Shown piece by piece: positions 1 through 13,254 of a stretch of 64,000 nt of DNA (positions within the stretch are counted from its first letter, which is position 1; every line of letters starts with the position of its first letter). The notes beneath the pieces were generated by a model. It searched no databases and was not told the DNA's origin. It saw nothing but the letters and a program-made list of their open reading frames with translations. A program made the translations under genes and the position numbers. The stretch comes from Azolla caroliniana (taxonomy: Eukaryota; Plantae; Polypodiophyta). The DNA lies in assembly GCA_043228905.1 (NCBI GenBank), contig JBHGNT010000006.1:7440001-7504000 (forward strand), given 5' to 3'.

Positions 1-1527
1 GGAAACTAGATTTTTTATGTCCACCTGCACACATTCAAAAGTATTGATATCCTACCTCAAGGATGACATCTTTCAAATGTCTCCAAATTTCTTTAACATG
101 ATTAGCTAAAGAGTGTTTAGACAAATTATTCTCATCTTCTTTTGCATATATTCTAGCATTATTATAACAAGGTCGAATGATGTATCTTCTTTCCTTTTTC
201 ACTTTACTATATTTGTTGGAGTGCGAAGCACAAGGGTTTATGGTTTGTGTTAGGGGATAGAGGACCAATCTTAAATTCATTCACCATGGATAGATCACAT
301 AATCTACCACACTTCCTCCACCTAAGGTTGGTAAACATGTGAGTACATTTGTCAAAGGAAAAACAGTTACACCATTTAAGACAATCAAGTTTGTGCTATC
401 AAGCATATGTATAAGAACTTTTCCATAATCCATCACAAGGCAATCCTTTGAGTCATGCAATAGACAAGGATCCACTATATTTTCCTCCGATAACTCCATA
501 TTTTGGTATTTGTCAACTCTAGCATTAGAGTCTCCCATAATTAACATTTTACCAAGCTTCTAAAAAATAAGTATGTCTTGACATAAATTTGTGAAAGAAT
601 CTTCACGTTCCAACCAAATCTACTATAGTAGTTTGACTCTTTTTGATGAATGTAGTATGGGTTGTGTAGAGGTTCTCTTTGCCCAAATTAATCTCTATCC
701 ATAGGTATCGCTTATAATAATCATCCTTACATAATTTTATATAATTATCTAAGCTCTCGTGGTAAATTTGTGCTATCCTTGCATGCCCAATATTCCATAC
801 GGAATGAGGCCATATCGATTTTATAAGGTAGTCATCTATCTTAGGTATGCGTTTTGCATCATGCACCCAAGTTTTAGCTAAAAGTATAACATCAATACCT
901 TGCATTATATCACATACTCCTAACCCCTTATCTCATGGATATCCTATGCAATTCCTAAACATGATTTTCAAAATTGAGGTATATGTAGTGTCATGAGTCA
1001 TCACTTGCTCTGCATTTTGAATTCCCTTCCTAGATGCAAATGTTTGCCTTCTACGTTCTTGCTCTTTTGGAGTTTGATCTTACGTTATAAAGAAATTTGT
1101 ACTCTTGAGGTACACTAGGCTACTATTATCTAAAATGGTAACTATTTTGCATTCATCTAGGGTTGTACAAACAAAATCTCGATGTTCCTTCTAACCTTTT
1201 CTTACCAACCCTATGTGTGGCATTATACGGTAACGTCTTGCATAGCAAAATGATCATCAAAGAATTTTGTAATATTCTCTACAAGAGGAAGTGCATTCTC
1301 TGATTCATCCTCTTGCATGCTTGTAATACCAACATTTTTTTTCTTTCAATTTCATATTACTCTTTTGCATGTTGTGCATTTCTAGAATTTTGCAAGATTT
1401 GCACGTACTACGGTTTTTGGTGATTCTCTTAGAAGCACACCTTTTCATTTTTTCATGATCGCATCTTCCTTTTCTTCAACTGTAGATTTCATTTCAATAT
1501 TTTCCTTCCTTAACATCTCTTTTCTAC

Positions 1528-1528
<1 letters not shown>
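1..1528 (-). mobile_element. Degenerate two-ORF non-LTR retrotransposon (RTE-X/CR1-like LINE): ORF1 C-terminal part plus APE endonuclease of ORF2, running off the window edge
   Basis: Minus-strand fragments carry APE motifs (DVILLAKTW, IMGDSNAR, LNG, SVVDY). Upstream ORF1-like peptide reads KEKNVGITSMQE...HRVGK...FIT*DQTPKEQERR. Many stops and frameshifts. The 5' end abuts the (GA)n tract. Confidence 0.75.

Positions 1529-1575
<47 letters not shown>
1529..1575. repeat. (GA)n microsatellite between two oppositely oriented LINE 5' ends
   Basis: Perfect AG dinucleotide run of about 47 bp. Confidence 0.97.
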
Positions 1576-1578
<3 letters not shown>

Positions 1579-1725
1579 CTCCCTAGTGGTAAGTCTTGGT
1601 TGGGATAACTTTAGATTTAGATAGAGCTTACGATCATGTTAATTGGTCCTCTGCTTCTGGGTTAACGCATACAATGGTCTTTGGATCATGTATGTCTCAC
1701 CCATATTTTTATTAGGACAAGATAC
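1576..1725 (+). mobile_element. L1-type LINE RT fragment, left part, interrupted by the Gypsy element
   Basis: gatttagatagagcttacgatcatgttaattggtcc translates to DLDRAYDHVNWS, matching the L1 RT DFEKAYD.V.W motif. The reading continues after 13716. Confidence 0.7.
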
Positions 1726-2182
1726 CGTTGGCCAGAGTATGGAGGACAAGTGGGGGACGAATAGGGAACGAAATTAGTATTAGTAATTAATTAGTTTAAT
1801 TATGATAGGAACAGATTGATCCAGAATAGTTGCACCAATCCGGATCCGGACCGATTCGTAGTTGGTTGCCGGTATGACACCATTTTGTAATCAAAACCGG
1901 AGGCCTATACAAGGATCCGGAAAGCAATGTAATGATGCGGAAGTAATATAAGTCTGAGTCGGAATTCAATATTGTGTATCTTGTTTACTACCGTCTGTGC
2001 TTAATCTTCTATCCTATGTGTGTTAAGCGAATAGTGTTATATTGCGATTCCGTAACCGCTTAGGTAATAGTCGGTTCAAGTTCATATGTGCCGGTTAACA
2101 TCCTATCCGTAACCACCCCTTTGGTGACATGATCCGGAAGGATGCTTGGTGTTTGTGGGTAGTCCGGCTCAGGATAAACACA
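1726..2182 (+). repeat. 5' LTR of the Gypsy element
   Basis: Aligns with 13255-13715 (ggaggacaagtgggggacga...gataaaca). Ends are uncertain by ~3 bp; the alternative 1729-2180 gives a degenerate TSD ACCGT/ACAGT. Followed by gttttggc, a PBS-like position. Confidence 0.9.
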
Positions 2183-2875
2183 GTTTTGGCAACCAAGATT
2201 CCTACAGAGAGTAGTGAACATCGGGGAATGGATTACTAGGCCGACAAACGACCCAGTCGCTGAATATGAGAGAAGATTGGCCGAAAGACTACAGAGGCAA
2301 GAGGCTTACCAACAAGCGGCCGAAGAGATTCGACCGGTCTGTTCCCAGAGTGATTCGGCGGGTCGCGGAGGAGTCACTCCGGTTGTAGAACCAACAACAG
2401 ACCGACGAAGGCAGTAGCTTGAGAAGTTTATGGCAGGCAGAATCCATACTGCAAACCCTCGCCACAGGCGTCGATGAATCAGAAGCATTTTCCGCCTTTG
2501 AGTCCGAATCGGACGTTGAGCACAGTGTTCAGTTAAACTATCGAACCAGTCACGACCTAGAGGAACACGGTTCAGAGCACAAACCGACACCAGATTTGGA
2601 AACAACATTACCCACATTGCTGGCCCACAAGTCAAACCAAGAACAATGATTGGAGAGAATGACTATGGAGCATGGACCAACACCACCACCGGATCAACAA
2701 TCTGGGAAAAAGAACGATCGCATACCAATGCCACCACCGAATCGGAAGCCAGAGGAAGAAGAGGATCAGATACTGACGCCACCCCCAATGCAACCTTTCG
2801 AAGAACACATCATGCCATAACCATACCCAAAGTACCGAGATGACCACGACGCGGAGGCCCACGTGTATGCCTTCT

Positions 2876-3651
2876 TGTTAGGGTCTCGGTTCCTCCGGAT
2901 GGGATATGAAGGCCCGACATCGGAAGACCCGGTGAGAACCGGATGTGGAGTACCCGGCAACGGAAGACCCGATGAGAAACGGATGTGGAGTACCCGGCAA
3001 CGGAAGACCCGATGAGAACCGGATGTGGAGTACCCGGCAACGAAAGACCCAGTGAGAACCAGATGTGGAGTACCTGGTGAGAACCAGATGATGCAAACCC
3101 GGTGAGAACTGGATGACGAGTACCTGGCAAGGAAGGCCCGGTGAGAACCGGATGTTGCAGGCCCGGTGAGAACCTCTCACCGGATGAAGGGACATATATG
3201 TAGATATGTTTCTGAGATCCCATTGGGGCTATATCTGTAAATAGTCCTAATGTCACATTAGTATAAATGTGACTTAGGGCAAACAATGATTACATGACGA
3301 TAGTTGTTATTATCTTTGTATAGCGTATTTTGGTGTAACGATTGTATAGAGAGAGAGCGAGAGCGATACAGAGCATGTCTCTGTTGTAACCGCCGCCAGG
3401 CGAAGATTGTGAGCAAGAGGTCGTTGCCTCTGTGCTCCCAGTTTGAACTTTGTACTCCTTCACATAGTGACAATTTGGAGTCTGTGGACTCCCGTGGTTT
3501 TTTTCCCTCTCAGGGTTTTCCATGTTAACATCCTGTGTACTCTCTTTCTGTTGGTGTACTTACCTCCATTCCCATTTCTTTTGTGTTTGATCGTCATCAA
3601 GTGATCTACGCTTCGGTTGTGGCCAGAGATTATTCCGCATATTTCTCGTCA
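2876..3651 (+). mobile_element. Solo LTR (776 bp) nested in gag
   Basis: TG...CA ends with a perfect 5-bp TSD CTTCT (2871-2875 and 3652-3656). Removing it restores gag AHVYAFLDTWEA. Confidence 0.9.
2921..3175 (+). repeat. 40-bp tandem repeat inside the solo LTR
   Basis: Unit cggaagacccggtgagaaccggatgtggagtacccggcaa at 2921, 2961, 3001 and 3041, then degenerate partial units. Confidence 0.92.
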
Positions 3652-3754
3652 CTTCTTGGATACATGGGAAGCTTAAACCATGTCTCGCAATGCTTGACGG
3701 ATGCGGAAACCAAATGTTCCATGATTGTGGAGTTCGGAATTACACTGGAAGGAC

Positions 3755-3912
3755 CATAGTTCTAGCCATACGTCCCATTCGTGTCATACTCAAACGCCAA
3801 TATTCATATCATACTCATACGTGAAAAGGCTCCAAGTATGATTGAAATCCATACGCGGTACGTAGATATATTATATATACATATGGTGTACATAGTGTGT
3901 GTGTGTGTGAGG

Positions 3913-3965
<53 letters not shown>

Positions 3966-4338
3966 TGTGTGGTCTAGAGAGAGAAGCCCTGTTTTGCATG
4001 TGTGAGGAGACAATGATTGAGTGTATATCTAGACTCTAGAGAGAGAGAGAGAGAGAGGAGCTATGGGTTTTGTCTGTGTGAGGGAGTATGTAATATGTAT
4101 ATTAGATATCTAGATTTTGTAGAGAGAGAAAATCTATCAGTTCTCGTGTGAGAGAGAGAGAGAGTGTGTGTGTATGTGTGTCAAATGTCACTTCTATTCA
4201 CAAAATATTATGAATATCAAAAATTAAAAAAACCCCAAAAAAAAAAAAGCCAAACGAATATCGCATATCATACGCGTACGTTTGCAAACGTTCGCGTACG
4301 TCTAGTAAATTGGACATACGCGAATATTAGGAACTATG
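3755..4338. mobile_element. Non-autonomous hAT-type element (MITE, 584 bp) nested in gag
   Basis: TIRs CATAGTTC...GAACTATG and a perfect 8-bp TSD GGAAGGAC (3747-3754 and 4339-4346). Internal GA/GT microsatellites and no coding capacity. Confidence 0.9.
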
Positions 4339-6303
4339 GGAAGGACCGACAACACGGTGGCATGCAAATCACCTTTCCGGTAGCTTTGCCACATTCGACG
4401 CCCTCAAAACTAAATTCCTGCGACTGTTCCACTAATAGGTAGAACCGAGAGAACTGGTCAGCCAATTCTACACGATGTATCAGGAGCAACATGAAACGTT
4501 CCCACAGTTTATCATCCGGTTCCAGATGTTGCATAGCGAGCTGACTCGAGCACCCCTGGAAGATGAGGTAAAGTTAGCATTTTTGGTGGCACTCCGTGAA
4601 CCCCTCCAAACAATGTGTGTGGTAGTAGATTTCCAGACCAACACTATGGATCAAGTCATTGACCGTGTCTTGGAGATGGATAAGAGCTGTACCTTAATGT
4701 CTATGGGGGCCCTCCAATGAGCGCTTCCTAAAGAAGAAGATCTCTAATTTCGCCAAGCGGTGCAATGCACAATGTGCCTGAACCTAGGACATTCCACGTT
4801 AGAATGCACAATGAGGACACACTGCATGCTATGCCACTCCCGGTCACATACTATGGACTAGTGTGAGCATAATCTGTTAAATCGACAAGCGTCACCAGTT
4901 CGACAGATTGAGCTCCAAAACGAGCAGCCACCGAGAGAGGAACGATATCAACCAGAATGCGGGGATGGGTATGATGATAGAAGACGAGAAGACTACAACC
5001 AGTACCGCAACGAGAAGTGGAGAGAGGACTACAACCGAGAATGTTACCACCGCAATGAGAAGTGGAGAGAGGACTACAACCGAGAACGACCGACAGGGAG
5101 ATGACCGAAGGTATCCAAAATGAAGAACGTACCCCGATCAGGATAGACAATACTCGGAACGTCAGGGGTACCGGAATCACTTACGCAACAACCGAAGGGG
5201 AAAATTTCGCCAGGAAGAGTGTACGGAACTGACTAGAGAGTATCGTCGGGAGCTAGGTACAAATGCGGCCATGGCGCAAATAGAGCAACGGAGGACGGAA
5301 GAGAATAACTGGATGACTTCCGGTATGCAGCCAGGGAGTATAGAAAAAGGAGAATCAAGCAACATCCGGAAGATGTACTGCTATTATTGCCGGAAGGAAG
5401 GCCACTATAGTAGCCAGTGCTCGGTCAAGTTGAATGAGAAGCAACCGGTGGTAAACATGGTGACCACCGAAGTTACTGATGTCCAACAAGTCACCACAAG
5501 ATCCAAAGTAAAGACGACCGAGTGGGAGACCTAGGAGGCCACATGAAGCAAGCAACCGAATGGATACAAAAAGCAAATGAACGGAACGTGGCCAAAGTAT
5601 AAGAACAGATGAGACCTCTGAAAGAAGCAATCGAGACCAGGGGCAACGGCCCCACTTGGTAGGCGTTACAACAATGTCAGATCATGTTGCTTCTGGGCCG
5701 CTTGTTGTTCCTCGATTTATGGAAGGACTTAAATTGGCGTTCACATCACAAAACCCGAAGCCGGCACCAACATTCTTCTCCAATCCGGAGGAAGGGCCAA
5801 TAGTAGTAGACACCAACAGTCTAACGATTACGATTATTATCAAAGGAAGGGAGATGTCCAGAACAATTGTGGACGGAGCTTTCGGTGTGAACGTGATCAA
5901 CCAACGAACATGCGATACCCTGGGGATAAGAGAATGGGAACCATGCCCATTCTGGCTGAGAATGGCCAATACCAGTTCGGTGGGCACGCGTTCCAGATAT
6001 CTGCAGTGGTCCTGAAACTCAACGCACAAGGGGCTTACCCCCATTGTTAGGAAGGCCATGGTTGTAGACAACATATATAGATAGCAAAATTGGCAGAAAT
6101 ACGTAATTCCCTTTCGACGAGGGAAGATGAAAGTGCGGGTGCCGACACAACCGTGCGCGGGTACCAAGAAGGACTTGACACCGATCTATGCGGAAAGTAT
6201 TAACATGTTAGCCGGATTGGCAGAGGATGAGGTCGACCGATACCTAGAAGAACATTCGAAGATCGTGCCGTTATTTGAAGTAGATGTGACCGAAGTTGTC
6301 ACA

Positions 6304-6418
6304 CTGTATGTCACACACCGGTAAGGTAAATTTGACAAGCTGGATTGAGAAGCGATTGAGAAGCTGTATGTCACACACCGGTAAGGTAAATTTGACAAGC
6401 TGGATTGAGAAGCGATTC
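6304..6418 (+). repeat. 60-bp tandem duplication within Gypsy pol
   Basis: ctgtatgtcacacaccggtaaggtaaatttgacaagctggattgagaagcgatt occurs twice with a 60-bp period. Confidence 0.9.
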
Positions 6419-8826
6419 AAGAGCTGAGGCAAGCGCAAGAAGCACTCAAGCAAGAAATGGTCGTGTTTCAAAGAGTGAAGGCATCCCAACTAGAAGAAAT
6501 GGACCTCAGTAGCAATGAAGTGTCGAAACCAATGAACGTGGCAAAGGAATTGCCACGGGAAGAGAAAATGGCAATGATTGAATTGCTCAAAGAATTCCGA
6601 GATGTGTTCGCCTAGGCATACGAGGATATGCGAGGATTGGATCCCCAATTGTACCAACACCAAATCAACCTTAGCAAGGACGCGAAGCCGGTGGCGCAAC
6701 AACGTTATCGAATGAATCCAAATTATGTAGCAAAGGTCAACGAAGAAATTGATAAACTGCTAAGAGTTGGTTTTATCCGACTAGTAAAACAAGCAACATG
6801 GCTTAGTCCAATTGTCGTCATGCCGAAGAAAAATGGAAAGATTCAGGTCAGTGTTGACTACCGAAAGCTTAATACCGCCACAGTGACGGACGCGTTTCCG
6901 CTACCATTCACGGACGGGTTTAGCGGTTACAACCAAATTCGGATGCACCCGGCGGATCAGGAGAGAACGACATTCGTCACGGAATGGGGAGTGTTCATTG
7001 CGGTGGTTATGATGTTTGGACTGAATATGGCACCGACAACTTTCTAGAGGATTATCATGAAAATATTCAGGGAATACATCTTGGCATTTATGCAGGTCTT
7101 TTTGGACAATTTCGCAATTTATAGCCGCAAGGAGGAACATCTAGGCCACCTTCGGATGTGTTTGGAGAAGTGTCGGGGATCCTGATTAAGCCTAAATCTG
7201 GAAAATGTGTTTTTAGCGTAACAAGCGGCACACTATTCGGGCACATCGTTAGTAAAGATGGAATCAATGTGGATCCGGACAAGGTGACTGCCATCTTAAA
7301 AGCACCGGCACCGACAAACGCTAGGGCATTGAGTCGGTTCTTGGGTCACATCCGGTGGCACAGCCGGATGCTTCGTTACCTAGCGGACTTCGCAACTCCA
7401 CTACATGCAGTCGTGCATCGCATGCCTTTTCAATGGATGAAGCAAGATGAAATGGCATATAAAGCATTAAAAGTGATGTTGTCGCAAGCCCCAGTGGTGC
7501 AACCTTTGGATTGGACAAAGGATTTTCATGTGTTCGTGGACGAGTCGGATATAGCAATCGGAAGTGTTCTAATACAGATTACCGAACCTATGTGGTACCG
7601 TCCGGTCTACTATGCGAGCCGGAAACTCCCTAGAGCTGAACAAAATTACTCGACAACGGAAAGAGAAGCACTAGGAATGGTCTATAGCGTCACCAAGTCC
7701 TGCCACTATTTACTAGGACGCAAATTTTTGTTCCATGTTGACCACTTTGCACTAATTTATTTGGTGTCCAAGGCGTCTTTAACTGGCAAATTAGCAAGGT
7801 GGACACTATTGTTGCAGGAGTTCGAGTTAGAAATATACCACCGACCGGGAATACAGCACGCGGTGGCAGATTACTTGAGCCAGCTAGAATCCGGAGAAGC
7901 TGGGATGGAGTCCGAGATGAGTTCTCGGATGCCGATCTATTCAAGATTACCTCGGCAACGGCGGTAGATGAGAGGTTGGCTGGGGAGGACAAATGGCTCA
8001 CCGACATGCATCAATTCCTAAGTACCAAACTGCCTCCAGAAGAGCTAAGACGGGATGAACGGAAACGATTGGCAGTCCAAGGTCGCCATTTCTGATTGAT
8101 ACATGACACATTGTACCACAAAGGAGCCGACGGGATCTGGTGGTGCGCGGTAAGGAGCGACGAAAAGGAAGCAATTCCACGAGAAGCTCAATACGGAGTT
8201 GCCGGTGGCCACTATGCCGGAGACACTACCGCCGGGAAGATTTGGAGAAGTGGGTTATGGTGGCCGACAACTCTCAAAGACGCTATCCAATTCTGCAAAG
8301 GATGTGATCTCAGCCAACGGTTGGGCCAACCCACAAAGCAGGCTTAGATGCCCCATCAAGTTGTATTACCACTAGAACCGTTTCAAAAATGGTGATTAAA
8401 TTTCGTGGGGCCATTTAAGCCACCAACAATGTACACAGGGAACCGATACATTATCGTAGCCACCGACTATTGTACGAAATGGGTGGAAGCAAAAGCGCTT
8501 TGGGACAACACTGCGGCATCAACAACAAACTTCCTTTATGAATATATATGGTGCGGGTACGGATGTTCGATCGAGCTGATCAAAAACCATGGAGGACACT
8601 TCCTCGGTCACATGGTGGAAAGCCTAATAATATTCTATTTGGTAGTTCATAAACACAATATGCCATACTACCCGCAAGCGAATGGATTGGCGGAATCAAC
8701 GAACAAGATGCTCCAGAACATCTCCAAAAAATCGTAAATGAAACCGGACGGACTAGGACACCAAATTGCACAACGCAGTATGGGCTTATCAGACAACGTA
8801 TAAAACGAGTATCTGGACGACACCGT

Positions 8827-9498
8827 TGTCGTGGGGAAAACCGGCTACAAGAAGAAACGGAGACCAAAGGCGTGTGAACCACCGCGTGCACGGATGCACA
8901 CAAATTGTAAATAATCTAAGATTAGGCTAGGCCGGCGTAATGAATAAGGCATTGATAGGACAGATTTAATATAGGATTAAATCGAACGAATCTCTGTCCG
9001 AAGCGGCAAAGAATAAAAGCATGATGTAATAGCCCCTTCCCCTCCTGGGCCTATAAAAGGAGGGAGAGAGGACTGAGTTGGGGGGCGGCCGTTTAGGGAG
9101 AACGAAGTGCTATCGGACTAGGGACCGAGCACCCATTCTCTGTTTTTCTCTCTTAGGTCTGACGCCTCTGCTCGTGTAGGAAGCCCGTGTGCTCCCGAAG
9201 AGGCTCCACGTTGTATTTCGGTGACTGGAGTGTGTGTTGTTTGTTGTGATCGTGGCTCAATTCCCGGCGGAGCCGGTTGTAGTTTCTTTACCTTCTAACT
9301 GACTGTCGGTATCTGTTTGTTGTTCATTTAGCGTGTTGCTGTGATCCCAACTGAGCCGGTAGTGCAGTGTGCTTCTCGATACTCAACGCCTTACGCACCT
9401 TCTGTCTATCTTGTTCTCCTTTTCCTTCTTAGCTCTTCGATCCAAGGTCCCTGTGGTCCCGCCTAGCTTCACACACGTACCCGCGGAATACCTCGACA
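8827..9498 (+). mobile_element. Solo LTR (672 bp) nested in integrase
   Basis: Termini TGTCG...CGACA, 4-bp TSD CCGT and a TATA-like cctataaaagg near 9050. Removing it restores integrase TSIWTTPFPLALGLEAVMP. Confidence 0.88.
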
Positions 9499-10077
9499 CC
9501 GTTCCCATTGGCATTAGGATTGGAGGCGGTCATGCCTATGGAGTTCCAAATTCCCAGTTTACGGATATAGGTCCGGGGATGGTGAAGTGAGGAGTCCAAA
9601 AAAATCCAGTTGGCAACATTGTGCGAACTAGAGGAACACCGAATAGCTAGTGTGTTGCAGTTAGAGCTCGAACCACGCAGACAAAAAGCTTTCATGGACT
9701 GGCATAGGCGCGGCAATGAGAAGGACTTCAACATTGGCAAGCTGGTGTTAGTGTTCTAGACCCGGATAGGTAGCATGCCGGGAAAGTTGCGGTTTTGGTG
9801 GACCACACCGTTCTGGATTACTAGAGAATTCAAGGAATCTTACCAACTGGGCAAGCTAGTTGCCAAGGTGTTGGACAAATGGATAAATGGTTTCTGTCTT
9901 AAACCATACAAAGGCCCGATGCCAGAGAACCCATTCAAGCAACTGGAGGAACAAAAGGTTCTGGAAACAGAAAAGGAAACTAGTGCACTTTTGTCTACAA
10001 CGGAGCCGATGTAGTCGGTCACTAAAGACTAACTTAATGACACCTAGTACGACCAAGTATTTTAGGTCGTACGAGAG

Positions 10078-10206
10078 AGAAAAAAAGAAAAAAAAGAAAA
10101 AAAAGAAAAAAAAGAAAAAAAAGAAAAAAAAGAAAAAAAAGAAAAAAAAGAAAAAAAAGAAAAAAAAGAAAAAAAAGAAAAAAAAGAAAAAAAGAAAAAA
10201 AGAAAG
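10078..10206 (+). repeat. (GAAAAAAAA)n purine minisatellite between pol and the extra ORF
   Basis: G recurs every 9 nt from 10087 to 10186. Confidence 0.95.
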
Positions 10207-10467
10207 ATACTATTCAATATGATGAACGATCACCATGAAAAGGCGTGACGATAGCCATTTAAAGCGCACCACACAACGCAATCATACTATTATGGTACAC
10301 GACGTGCATGCACGGGATTCAAGAAATGGGGATACAAAACTTCCGAGAAAACGAAGGATTGTCATTTCACAAGAGAAGGATTTTGAGAGCACAACAGAGC
10401 ACACAGGCTTCTGAACAAGCATAGGCAATCACCCAAGCATCAACAGGCAACTGTAGCAGCACAACCG

Positions 10468-13201
10468 ATGAAGAAGACACAAGCCCTATGGCACTCTCGA
10501 CCGCTACCAGAGACTAGTTCAGCAAACATGGTTTGGAAGGATTTCTCGGGGTAGCGGATGTGCCGCCACACGAAGAACTAGAGAAGATCGTAGCAAAGAT
10601 TGACCTCGACGAGATCGCAGAAGGCACCGTCCAAGCCCTCATTGGGTTACCTAGTAGCGAACTATATTCCATCGAGAACCCCTCCACAGAAATCCTGATT
10701 GAATATTTCGGGTAGTACTCCATCGCCAGCAAAGCATACCGAACACCAGGCAACGAGAATCCCATGTTCAGCGAGGTGTCTCATGTTTTATTAGAATACG
10801 GATTTGTGCATCCTCGACCACCGACCATGCCAAAGAATCAGGCCGAATTTATCATAGCAACATTTGAAGGCCTCAAGGTGGATTGGCCGGTAATTATAAC
10901 CAACTCTCTACAAGCAGGCATCGCATCCGTAGTGGACAGGAAGAAGGCATGGTGCGGGTTAGCCCAGTGGCTAACATTATTGGTACCCCAACACACGCCA
11001 TCAAGCCGAAGAAACGGACCCGACCGGAAACCACACCGAATAAGGCATCCAAATGGCAACAACTCCTGACAAAGCACAACCCCAGGTGGACGACAAGGGA
11101 ATCGTCTTAGCAGGAAGAAGCACAGCTGATGGAACTAGTTTTGGAGAAAACGGCCAAACCAATCAAAATCAACTTGGTTCGAAGAGTGATCCAGGAAACC
11201 GCAGAGGAAGAGGTTGAAGATGAACTAGCTGAAGCCCTTCAACATCGCCCAAGGAAGTGCGGCACAGAATAGCAGGGGTAAGGATCGGGTGTGGAGCAGG
11301 ACAATAACCTGAAGACCCACTCAGTGGTGGTAGAACCCAGGATGGAGGAGGAGCCAGTAATAAGACCAGAAGCGGTGACAATGGTTCAACAAGAACCGGT
11401 TACAGAGAAAATGACCTCACCGGGTCTTCAAACACAGCAACACGAGGAACATCGTCCTGAGCAAACATTGGAACCGCTGATCCAATGGCTTAGGAAGGAG
11501 CACGAACCAAGTCCGGAGCCAGTCCAACAGTTTGCTGCCCTAACACAACACGGAACATGCCGCCAATGGTTAAAGTGGCTCGGAGGGCAAGTATCTGGTG
11601 TGGCCGACCGGATCGAGGACGAACAATGGCAAGTTCGAAGTCAGGCGGAACGGTTGCTACCAACAACCGAGGAATTAGAGAAGGCCCGGGCACAGATCCA
11701 AAGCCTTGAGGAAGAATTGAAAAAGGCCAACGAATACGCAACCATCATGGCCAACATGGGCCAAACTACAAGTGCAACGGCAGAGCCGGTGCCACTAGCT
11801 AATTTACAGAAGGAAGCTCTGAAAACGGATGCACAACCGTAGGATAGTACAACCTCGTCAAAAGACACTGAGTGGGAGTAAGAAATGATAACACTGAAAG
11901 AAGAATTTGCCACTCAGGAAGCGCTACAAGGTAGACAAAGGGATTAAGGGCAACCGAAGAGGAAAAACGAAGTTTGGAAGAAAATCTCTGGAAAAGTTAG
12001 GCCAATAACAAATGGCTGAAGGAAGAGTGAGAAAAACTCTTGCAAGAAAAGGATAAGCTCCGGAGAATGGCAAAAATGGAAATAGTGCGGTTGAAAGAAG
12101 AAATCCGGTAGTAGAAGGATAGAGAGGATCGAGCGTGCTCCCAGATAAATTGCTGGCTAAAGCAGAAAACAAAAGATTTTAAAAAGCTGCATCGGGACCA
12201 CAAGCAACTAGACGCCAAACATAAGAAGCTTGGATCGGAATTTGACTGACAACAAGAAAAGTTGAACTTAGAAATCCGGACAGAACTAGCCAAGAAAACG
12301 GAGGCGCTAATGGAGAACAAAACAAGACGGTTGTAACTGCAAAGGCACTCGTAGAAGCAGCAAAGGACAAAACGGAGTTGACCAAGAAGCACTATGAAGA
12401 AGTAGAACGGGCAAAAATGGCTTTGGATAGGGTCCAAACAACCTACCAAACCCAGTTGGTGAACTATGAAGTGTAGGCTCAAGCTACCACTGCTCTCATT
12501 AAGAAGTTGAAGGAGTACAAGCAAGTTTAGGAGGACAAGACAAAGCTCAGAGTGGGCCAAATCTGGGAAATGGTGAAGGCATGGAAGGACCAGACAAAGA
12601 GGAATATCGACGACAGCTCGGTGGGCTGGTGGACTCAATAGTCGCAACGGAATTACAGGTCCTCCAGGCAGATGCCGAAAACCGGAAGAAGGCGGGCGAC
12701 AACTTTTACAAGATGGATGAAGAAAGTATTGTCACTATCCGGGAGGAGTTGGCGGACGACTTATTTTCCTTGGCCGGAGCCCACCTCAAAGCCATCTGGA
12801 GGTTGATGGAAACACTTGATGATGATTAGCTCGGAACACAACTCTAGTTTGAGCGATTAGAACGAGAGCATTGACAACTTGAAGTAGAAAAACGGACAGT
12901 GGCAATAAATATAAGTGATGAGGAGCAGACTGCGGAACGACAACCGCAGTAGGAGCTGCCAAATGAAGCCGAAGGAGAACAACCAAGGGAAGCTGGTGCG
13001 AACCAGAACCAAGCGACCAGGTCGGAGCAGCGAGCAGGAACTGGAAATAGAGTGAATGTTGAAACCGACGTAAGAAGGAAGATGCCTCAGCCGAAAGAAA
13101 TCGGAGAGCATCAACAGGCGTAGCAAGAGCAGTAGTAGCAGAACAAAGAACCACTTGAAACCCTGGACTAGAGCATATTGGACCTACTCGACGAGGAGTG
13201 A
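10468..13201 (+). pseudogene. Degenerate extra 3' ORF of the Gypsy element: globular N-terminal part plus long E/K/Q-rich coiled coil
   Basis: Successive sense-strand ORF pieces (10533, 10764, 11291, 12581) include LKVDWPVII and heptad-like segments. The region ends LDLLDEE* just before the 3' LTR. Confidence 0.7.
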
Positions 13202-13254
13202 CGGGCTAACCCGTGAGTTCAATGTACAATATACTGTCCCACGGGCATGCCATG

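Noticed and set aside
2921-3175. Possible CRISPR-like array (also 55217-55527)
   Set aside because: The units are head-to-tail with no unique spacers, there are no cas genes and the context is eukaryotic.
9887-10222. Poly-lysine ORF
   Set aside because: It is only the translation of the (GA8)n repeat.
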